Source of the DNA: an uncultured Hormoscilla sp.
GTDB taxonomy: Bacteria; Cyanobacteriota; Cyanobacteriia; Cyanobacteriales; Desertifilaceae
Assembly (NCBI GenBank): GCA_963921275.4
Contig: OZ001293.3
Coordinates: forward strand, 4,448,001 to 4,512,000
DNA length: 64,000 nucleotides
Direction: 5' to 3'
Shown here: piece by piece, positions 56,273 through 64,000 of the stretch
How positions within the stretch are numbered: position 1 is the stretch's first letter
Layout: each line of letters begins with the position of its first letter
The notes under the pieces: generated by a model
Databases searched by the model: none
What the model was told of the DNA's origin: nothing
What the model saw: the letters and a program-made list of their open reading frames with translations, nothing else
Position numbers and translations under genes: made by a program

Positions 56273-56975
56273 GTCGGGTAAGAGAGGACACGTCACCGTG
56301 CCTCCCTCCCCTAAGAACCGGACTTGACAGTTTCCCATCATCCGGCTCAAGCCTCTAAACCTCAGAATGTTTACCTTGACCGTTCTGGGTTGCACGATAT
56401 ATTCTCTGTCTCAGGTTTCTAACAGGCTTCAACACGAGTTTCCAATCAATGGACCCCCAGTCTAAAGAGCGTTCCTTCATTCCGATGTCATTGCTGACCC
56501 TATCTTTCATGTCGGTTCGATTCCTTTACAAGTTTTCTATCGTTGGAGACCTGCTGAAGTCTGCCATCTTTCGATGTAGGGCAAATCTTGAACCCCTATC
56601 CCTAGCATTACCAAGGGCTTTCGCTTTTTCTAGCATCCTTTACCCTCTAGGTAGTTCCGTCTTCCTTAGGGTTGACCTACTCATATCATCGACCTGACCT
56701 GAGAACCTATAGGGTTTACCCTGTTCCGTACATTTAACCTTCAACCGATTCGGATTCCACCTATATTCCGGTGAGGATTTTGCTCTCTCGTTATTAGCCC
56801 AAGGTACTGCTAATAACTTACTCACTTGCCTTTTGGCTAGACTGTATCAGCCTTATTTCACTCTTCAGACATAACGGAATTTGCAGTGATTCACAAATGT
56901 TAACCCTTTTCGGTTTTCCCCTTGCCCTTTTGCCGATTTCGGCTCTCAGTCGGAGGGCTTTCATGCCTTGCATTC
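56273..56975 (-). mobile_element. Group II intron with almost fully deleted IEP, 5' part missing
   Basis: Domain V GAGCCGGATGATGGGAAACTGTCAAGTCCGGTTC, end CTTACCCGAC; residual 41-aa ORF 56355-56480 [34 protein letters not shown]. Confidence 0.85.
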
Positions 56976-57356
56976 ATTAGGGGTCGAGCTGTCCCTCGCG
57001 GGACAACCCTCCCGTTCGGAACCGTGCATGCGACTTTCACCGCACACGGCTACTGGGTACCAGGCCCTTTTCATGGGTAGGATTACTGGGGATTACTCCC
57101 GTTGTCCCTTACTACTTGCATGTTTGCCCCTTTCCTGGTTGGTGAGTGGCGCTGCCAGAAAACCTTTAGGATCACCATTTACACATCCGTTTTACCAGTA
57201 ATACATTCCGAAATCCTCAACTCGCTTGCGCTGACGCTGTGGACGGGCTTATGACATTTTAAGGCTACTTATATCAGTAGTTTCCTGATATCACCGACCC
57301 GCGTCAGCGTATCCGTGGGCATTACCCCAGGCATTAGCTTCTCGGGCCATCTTTCC
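56976..57356 (-). mobile_element. ORF-less group II intron (domains III-VI) nested in the preceding intron, 5'-truncated
   Basis: TAGCCGTGTGCGGTGAAAGTCGCATGCACGGTTC, end CTCGACCCCTAAT; homologous to the 871-nt family. Confidence 0.85.
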
Positions 57357-57445
57357 GTCACACACCTTGGGCAACTTGGGTCATTGCTCGATTGGGTGGC
57401 TGCGGAACGGCTATCGCTCACAACGTCCTCCAGGAATGTCTACCC

Positions 57446-58594
57446 TTAACCATCTTCTTCCCACAGCCGACGCCCAGAAGTTCCCTTCAGACGCTGATGG
57501 GTGTCGAACAGCAGGGTGGGGATATCTAGCTGTTCTGGACATCGGGGTAGACAGTCCCCGCAGCTAGTGCACCGGTTGCCTTTCCTGCCCGGAAACCAAT
57601 GACCTGCATTTTCAAACATTCCATATCTATATTTTCCATACTCGTTCATGTCGTAGGCAACTGCTAAATTCCGCAGCCGCAATACTTCGGGAATGTTGAT
57701 CTTTTCTGGACAAGGTAAACAGCCATAGCATTGAGAGCACTTGCTTGGGCCCAATGCTGTCACTAGCTGCTTTTCTAAACCCTCTAAAACTGCTATTTCA
57801 TCTGTTGTTAACTCTTCTACCCGATCACCCACTTGCGGAGGTGCAGTGAGTTCCTCTGGGGTGGCGGGACCGACGCTGAGGGTGGTTATGCCCCGATCGC
57901 CCAACAAAAAGCGGTAATTCAATTCCAGGGGCGAAAAGGGATAGCATAGCTGTTGTAACCTAGGGGGCGGATTGTAGAGCAGACCTCCTTTATCTGCTGG
58001 TGAAATAATGAAGATGCCCATATCCTTTTCCCGGGCTAATTTCACTGCCCGAGCATTTCGCTGAAAAAATAAGTAATAATGCAGATTGACAAAGGCAAAT
58101 AAATCTGTATTAATTGCCGCCATTATCACCTCAAGGGGGGCGTGAGTAGAAAAGCCCACATGTCCTACCCTTCCAGATGCGATCGCCCTTTCCACAGCTT
58201 GCATACAGCCAGTCGGCGATTCGATCCAGATCAAATGTTCCCAAGTATTTAAGCCATGAATCGCCAGACAATCGATATAATTAACCTGCAAGCGTTCCAG
58301 AGAATCATCAATCCACCGCTCCATTTTAGCAGCCTCAGCAGTTGGCGGCAGCTTAGTAGTGATGTATAGTTGCTGTTTCGGTTTAAGAGTATCCAAGACA
58401 GCACCCAGATATTGCTCGCTTTTCCCGTATCCTCTGGCCGTTTCTAGATGATTAATCCCTAAGGATATAGCCCGTTCTACAGTCGATCGCAGATTTTCCA
58501 AAGATGCTAGAGGTCGCATCGTTCCGAGGGAAAACACTGACAAACGTAGATTTGTTTTCCCAAAACGTCGATATTGCATAACCTTAAAAGTCAA
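57446..58594 (-). CDS. Aldo/keto reductase with C-terminal 4Fe-4S motifs
   Basis: YRRFGKT, ETARGYG, VGFSTH, CSQCYGCLPCP, CTSCGDCLPRCP. Confidence 0.9.
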   Translation of the reverse strand: MTFKVMQYRRFGKTNLRLSVFSLGTMRPLASLENLRSTVERAISLGINHLETARGYGKSEQYLGAVLDTLKPKQQLYITTKLPPTAEAAKMERWIDDSLERLQVNYIDCLAIHGLNTWEHLIWIESPTGCMQAVERAIASGRVGHVGFSTHAPLEVIMAAINTDLFAFVNLHYYLFFQRNARAVKLAREKDMGIFIISPADKGGLLYNPPPRLQQLCYPFSPLELNYRFLLGDRGITTLSVGPATPEELTAPPQVGDRVEELTTDEIAVLEGLEKQLVTALGPSKCSQCYGCLPCPEKINIPEVLRLRNLAVAYDMNEYGKYRYGMFENAGHWFPGRKGNRCTSCGDCLPRCPEQLDIPTLLFDTHQRLKGTSGRRLWEEDG

Positions 58595-58834
58595 TAGTCA
58601 ATAGTTATCAATTAAAAACTATTGATTTTGAGATTTGAGATTTGAGATTTGAGAACGGTAGATTTATTTCTTCATTTCCATTCTCAATAAGCAATTGGGT
58701 CTCCTGGGTTTTTAGCGATAAGTAAAACTTATATGTATGGAAAATCAAGTCTTTCAGCCTTTTTTCTTTATCAAAATTGTATCACAACAAAATACCAAAA
58801 ACCCAGGAGAGCCAAGCACTTTCCCATTCACAAT

Positions 58835-59329
58835 TCAATTTATCTTGCGTCCTCTCTCGATAAAATCCTCTGGTCGGAGGTTGGAAACAAAATCCCGGAA
58901 AGCTTTGCGTTCCGCTTCGTCTGCGTCTTGATCGACCGGAATTGAGGCATCGGCAATCACTTCTTCCATCACCCAGATGGGCGTTCCTGTGCGGATCGCC
59001 AGGGCGATCGCATCACTAGGACGGGCATCGATATCTTTTTTCTCATCACCCTGACGCACCGTCAGGACAGCATAGAATGTGTTGTCCTGGAGGGAGTGAA
59101 CGATCACCCGATCGAGGGCCATCTCCCAGGCTGACATAATATTGACCATCAGGTCGTGAGTCAAAGGTCGCGGGGGACTTTGCCTTTCCAGCGCATTTAT
59201 AATTGCCCTGGCCTGGTCTTGACCGATATAAATTGGTAAGGCCCTGCGGTCCGTGGTATCTTTTAACAGGACGATCGGGCTGCGCGTGCCCGCATCCAAT
59301 GCTATTCCAGCGACTTTCATCTCAATCAT
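58835..59329 (-). CDS. Bifunctional nuclease family (DUF151) protein
   Basis: LPIYIG, RPLTHDL, DARPSDAIALA. Confidence 0.92.
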   Translation of the reverse strand: MIEMKVAGIALDAGTRSPIVLLKDTTDRRALPIYIGQDQARAIINALERQSPPRPLTHDLMVNIMSAWEMALDRVIVHSLQDNTFYAVLTVRQGDEKKDIDARPSDAIALAIRTGTPIWVMEEVIADASIPVDQDADEAERKAFRDFVSNLRPEDFIERGRKIN

Positions 59330-60054
59330 GGGCTGAGCCTCTAGATCCTCCGTTTTACATGTTCTCCTATCTTAGGGAAATACATTAGAACCGTTTTTTC
59401 TCTGACGTGGAAACCGGGTAAAAGCCAAGTTTTTATACCATTTTAACTTAATGATGATACAATTAGTAACTCCTTAAGTATCTCATAATCCTGTTGCCGA
59501 GCCCCCCAACCCCCCTTTCCAAAAGGGCTTATATAAGCCCCCCTTACTAAGGGGGAGCTCTTAACTGTTTCATCACTTTATAAAATTGCGAGCATACGAT
59601 CTCCACCTATTCAGCTAATGTACCCGATCGGGTTGCGGGTGGGGGGATTTCTCCGGCAAATATCCTATACTTAACCGGCTGTCCGGGCTGCTATCACCCC
59701 CCAACAAGAGTGGGTACAGCCTTAGAGGAATTTTAACTATATTTGTCATACTTTTATGCTTCATCCCATCCCGATGACTTTCCGATCTCACTTTTGGCAT
59801 CCCTTGGGAGCGCCTTAAGCACTACCCAAGGGATGCCGCCGAGAGATTTCCCGATCGTCCGGTGGCGGCTAGCGGTTGGACCTGGCGGTTCTAACTTTGG
59901 TTCTAACACAACCATCATCCTTTTGCTCTGATGCGCTGCTATTGTATCATGCGATCGCCATCGACTAGATCGTCGGCTCATATTAGGTGTATTTTGTAGT
60001 GTAACCTTATTTCCCAGCGGGAAATCTCAAATCTCTGTTAAAAAATCATCGATC

Positions 60055-60708
60055 GTGTTTACTGGATTAGTTCAAGCAAGAGGCACCCTGAAGCCTTTCG
60101 GGGAAAACCAGCTACAGATCGAGTCCGAGTCGCACTCGATCTTGCAAGACTTGGCCCTAGGTGACAGTGTAGCAGTAGATGGTGTGTGCCTGACCGTGGA
60201 AAAGATTCTTCCTGCCAGCTTCGTGGTTGCTGTCTCACCCGAAACCCTCCGCCGTACCACTCTGGGACGCCAGCTGCTTGCGCAGGGTCGCGTCAATCTG
60301 GAAACTTCTTTGCGAGTGGGTAGTAAGCTGGGGGGACATTTTGTCACAGGTCATGTGGACGGAACCGGTTGCTTACAGGAGTCGGTATCCACTGCTACAT
60401 CCTGGGAGATGAGTTTTACGGCAACTGCAGCGGAGGTTTCTCGCTACATTGTCTCCAAAGGCAGTATCGCTATCAACGGCGTGAGTCTGACGGTGGCCGA
60501 GTGCAATTCCACTGGCACTTGGTTCAAAATTGCGGTCATTCCCCATACTTTTGCCGAAACTAACCTGCGTGACCTGGGCCTGGGCAGTTGGGTGAATCTG
60601 GAAGGGGATATCCTGGGCAAATATGTGGAAAAATTCCTTCGGTCTGGCCAGTTACCCTCTACAGCTGAGATTACACCCAGTTTTCTGGCAGAACATGGAT
60701 ATCTTTAG
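60055..60708 (+). CDS. ribE: Riboflavin synthase (alpha chain)
   Basis: MFTGLV, GDSVAVDGVCLTV, GGHFVTGHVD, KGSIAINGVSLTV. Confidence 0.95.
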   Translation: MFTGLVQARGTLKPFGENQLQIESESHSILQDLALGDSVAVDGVCLTVEKILPASFVVAVSPETLRRTTLGRQLLAQGRVNLETSLRVGSKLGGHFVTGHVDGTGCLQESVSTATSWEMSFTATAAEVSRYIVSKGSIAINGVSLTVAECNSTGTWFKIAVIPHTFAETNLRDLGLGSWVNLEGDILGKYVEKFLRSGQLPSTAEITPSFLAEHGYL

Positions 60709-60783
60709 GTTGATGAATAGCGAATGGGAAATGGCGATATGATACAATCGTAATTGTACAAAATAGATCGGGAGCTAACATTC

Positions 60784-62227
60784 ATGTCTCTGTGCGATTC
60801 GTTCTAGCCTAACGTGGTCAAACACGGAACGCTAGCCCGGTTTCATTAGCCGGGAACTCTGACCGCATGGGGGTTAAATTCCCCTCCCCCCAGGTACGGG
60901 GGTGACACCGGTCCTCGGTGCTACGAAGCGACATCATCGTGGTGCTAAGCGAGGACTCAAATGTAGGATAACTGGCAGCCTAAGCCGGTGACGCCGCTAG
61001 GAAAGATATCCAAGGTTAGAGCAGGCAAACATGTGCAAGCCTCGTTATAAGGAACCAGCGAAATAAGGCTATATGCGCTGGCCTAAAAAGGAAATGGTAG
61101 CTAGTATTAGTTTTAGACTCTGGCTAATATAGTACTCAAATAGCTCCCGGGGTATAGTGTGGACCTAAAGGTATCGCGAAATGTTGTTAGGGAACGAAGT
61201 AACCTCTCGTGTGCTGTCCATCAGGACAAGTTAGATGTTAAGCGCAAGCCACGGGGGGAGGGATGGCCCAAGAAGCGAATGCCCGGGGTAATTCCTGGGA
61301 TAACATCTACAGTAATGTAGATGATGCTGGGTAGCCAGCGCTGACGTGGGTCGGTGATACTAGGAAGCTGCTGGAATGAGTAATCCTAAAAAGCCACGGA
61401 ACTAATCCGAAACGCAAGTGGAGGATAAGGTATGGATAACTGGTAAAACTGACTTGAAAATGGTGATACTAACGGTTATCAGAACAACCACTCGCTAAAC
61501 CAGGAAAGGGAAGAAAAGACAGGCGGCAAGGGCTAACGGAAGTAATTCCTATTAAGTCTACCTATGAAAAGGGCCTAGTACCCAGTAGCCGGATGCGGTG
61601 AAAATCGCAAGTCCGGTTCCGAAAGGGAGGGTCGGGAAGCGATTCCCGGCTCGACCCCATCCAACCATTGCCGACCTAGAACAACTCCAAACCCAATTGG
61701 CTGATGCCCATCTTGATTACAAGATGGAATTAGTCGATGGTAAAATTATCATTATGGGACTTTCAGATTATCTTTCTGAAGAAATCATCGCTCGATTAAT
61801 CACTTTTCTCAATATCTGGATACTTCCCCGCAAGTTGGGACGAGTCACTGGTTCTTCTGCTGGCTTCAGACTGCCCGATGGCAACTTGCGCGGACCTGAT
61901 GTCTCTTTTGTCCCCGCTGAGAAAATGCGTCAATCTCCTAGGAGTTTTGCGGAAATTGTACCAGACTTGATGTTTGAAGTTAGGTCTTCTACAGATAATG
62001 TTAGACCACTATTACAGAAAATCCAGAGATTTATCGAATTGGGGACGCAAGTTGGCATATTTGTAGACCCCAAAAATTTGACCGTAACTGTTTATCGTCC
62101 TACTGCCGAACCTATTCTGCTCAAAGATGATGATATCTTAACTATACCCGAATTCTTGCCCGGTTGGGAATTGCCCATTGACCAAATCTGGCCTCCAGTT
62201 TTTGCACCAGAAAATATTCAACCGTAA
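60784..62227 (+). CDS. Uma2 family endonuclease split by a sense group II intron (exons 60784-60791 and 61663-62227)
   Basis: ATG TCT CT|A ACC ATT gives MSLTIADLEQLQ...MELVDGKI...GPDVSFV...VPDLMFEVRS. Confidence 0.88.
60792..61662 (+). mobile_element. 871-nt ORF-less group II intron, copy C
   Basis: GTGCGATTCG start; EBS1 hairpin loop AGACTC at 61115-61120; domain V TAGCCGGATGCGGTGAAAATCGCAAGTCCGGTTC; end CTCGACCCCATCC. Confidence 0.95.
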
Positions 62228-62236
62228 AAGCAAAGA

Positions 62237-62357
62237 GGCAGAGCCTCCCAATGGGCGTTACCTGCCGGAGACAGGGAACGAGGGGAACGAGGGGATTTGA
62301 GAGCGGCAGGCAGAGCCTCCCAATGGGCGTTCCCTGCCAGAGACAGGGAACGAGGGG
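62237..62357. repeat. Tandem pair of REP-like units
   Basis: GGCAGAGCCTCCCAATGGGCGTT...AGACAGGGAACGAGGGG twice. Confidence 0.75.
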
Positions 62358-62381
62358 ATGGACAAGCAATAAATGGTAAGG

Positions 62382-63210
62382 TTATGAATCTTTCCTGACT
62401 TTAACAATGGGCATGTCTTCAGGTGCGATCTCCTGGAACCCTAACTTCTTCAGTTTATTGAGGGCTTTTTCTGCTGGAGAATTATCTTCTTCCGCTGGTG
62501 CAACCGCCGCTGTTTCCCAAGTCTGGACGAGTTCAGCTAAGGCGTATTCTAATTGCGCCCCCGGATCTAATGTTACCCAACCTTCGGAGGTCAGTTCCCG
62601 CAGTTCAAAGTGCAGGTGCGGTCCTGTGGAATAGCCGCTGCTGCCCACACTGCCGATTATACTGCCTTGCTTGACTTCTTCTCCAGGTTGGACGAAGATT
62701 TCTGATAGGTGCGCGTACAGGGTTTGTTGAAGGGGTTTCTCTGGTTGGGCATGTTCTAGCACAACTGATAACCCATAGCCTTTCAGGGCGTCCGCGATTG
62801 CGACTTTTCCGGCCAATGCTGCTAACACTGGGGTCCCCGATATCCGTGCCGTGGTGGAACTGTTCCGATCCTGAGATCGGATGGGTCCGCCAACCAAACA
62901 AGGAAGTAATCGGTGAGGGAATTGATAAGGGAAAGATGATGCTATCATTGCCACGATCGGGACGGAGGTTGGGTCGAATCAGCTGATAGTAACTGCGACC
63001 TATGGGCGTTGCATCCCCATATTCGATCTCACTGGGACTGTAACTTGCTGGTCCGAGATTTACTTCCCCCCCTGGTGATTTTTGGCCTTGGCAAGGCCCG
63101 CTGATGCTGCGGCCTCCATACCGGGATGGGAGCTGATTTGGGACGCCAAACCGGTGGCTGGTAACTTGTCCTGGATCTTACGGTCACTGGTGCTGGTGGC
63201 GGGCGGAGCC
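62382..63210 (-). pseudogene. M23 family peptidase, frameshifted and interrupted by an intron
   Basis: FGWRTHPISG..FHHGTDIG (one frame) then TPVLAA...TLYAHLS...GYSTGPHLHFE (another frame). Confidence 0.85.
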
Positions 63211-63821
63211 ACATCGCCGTGGTGCTAAGCGAGGACTCAAATGTAGGATAGCTGGTAGCCTAAACCGGTGACTCCGCGCTTGTTAGATGCCCAAGGTTAG
63301 AATAAGCGAACCTATGTAAACTTCGTAAATGGGAACCGGCGAAATAAGGCTTTATGCGCCGGAGACAAAAGTCAATGTAGTTAGTGTTAGTTTTGTACTT
63401 TGGCTAACATCGTACTCGGATAACTACCGGAGGAAAGTAGGGGCCTAAAGGTATCGTGAAATGATATCAGGGAACGAAGTAACCTCTCGTGAGCTGTCCT
63501 CATATGGACAAGTTAGATGTAAAGCGCAAGCCACGAGGGGAGAGATGGCCCAAGAAGCTAATGCCTGGCGGTGTCTGGAGCATGCCGTATCCCTTGCGGG
63601 AGCGCCAGCCGTTCGCGGCAGCGCGGCGCCAGCCGTGTCCTTCAGGACAAGAGCATGCGGAAGACGCCGGGTAATTCCTATGGATATGCTGACGTGGGTC
63701 GGTGATAGATAGAATCTTTGGGTGAAAGTAGCCTTAAATGTTCTAGACCAGGAGAAATCCTAGGTAGTTAATTTTGGACTAAAGACCTAACCGGGTAAAA
63801 CTTGGAGAACCTAGTAAATTA
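63211..63821 (+). mobile_element. ORF-less-family group II intron, 5'-truncated, interrupted by IS982
   Basis: CGTGGTGCTAAGCGAGGACTCAAATGTAGGATA and GGGAACGAAGTAACCTCTCGTG shared with copy C; no GTGCG start; 3' end not in window. Confidence 0.85.
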
Positions 63822-64000
63822 ACTCAAGTTGCGACCTATAAAAATTGGATACAAAAAGCTATGATAAAGAGAATTATTTTCAACTCTAATCCCTTAGATG
63901 TAACAGCATGAATTGACTTGGGAAACAAATTTGTGATTCGACTAAAACAGGTTTCAACTTGTTTTCTTGTTACTTTTTGTATATATTCAAAACAAGAATA
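63822..64000 (-). mobile_element. IS982 family element (partial, runs off the window)
   Basis: ACTCAAGTTGCGACCTATAAAAATTGG matches the other copies. Confidence 0.92.

Noticed and set aside
51841..57356. tRNA-integrated island or prophage
   Set aside because: No integrase, no duplicated tRNA 3' end and no phage genes seen
61598..61662. Shared N-terminus MKIASPVPKGRVGKRFPARPHP (also 5793-6032)
   Set aside because: Translation of intron domains V-VI; the real Uma2 start is at 60784

Overview
Chromosomal window from a cyanobacterium, probably filamentous (psbO, psaE, ndhO, rpaB, many HIP1 GCGATCGC sites, short tandem repeats). Ordinary housekeeping genes (mutM, rimM, avtA, moaE, radA, plsX-fabH-fabD-plsC, riboflavin synthase, tRNA-Arg) are mixed with heavy mobile-element invasion and many pseudogenes. 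The main signal is a group II intron network, with nine introns or intron pieces in 64 kb. One RT-encoding intron (3120-7228) splits a DUF6391-like gene and itself carries two nested ORF-less introns, one sense in domain I and one antisense in the RT ORF. An 871-nt ORF-less intron occurs as three near-identical copies with an unusual ...CCCCATCC 3' end and loosely matched EBS1 targets. A second nested-intron remnant and several 5'-truncated copies are also present. Other content: four IS982 copies, three IS5 copies, ISL3 and IS4 remnants, three MITE types with target-site duplications, two decayed giant surface-protein genes around a 21-bp tandem array, an IS-inactivated NgoPII-like restriction enzyme, and two candidate defence operons (HEPN-like plus ParA/P-loop ATPase; wHTH plus ATPase plus DUF1802-nuclease). 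All calls come from reading the sequence; no searches were run.
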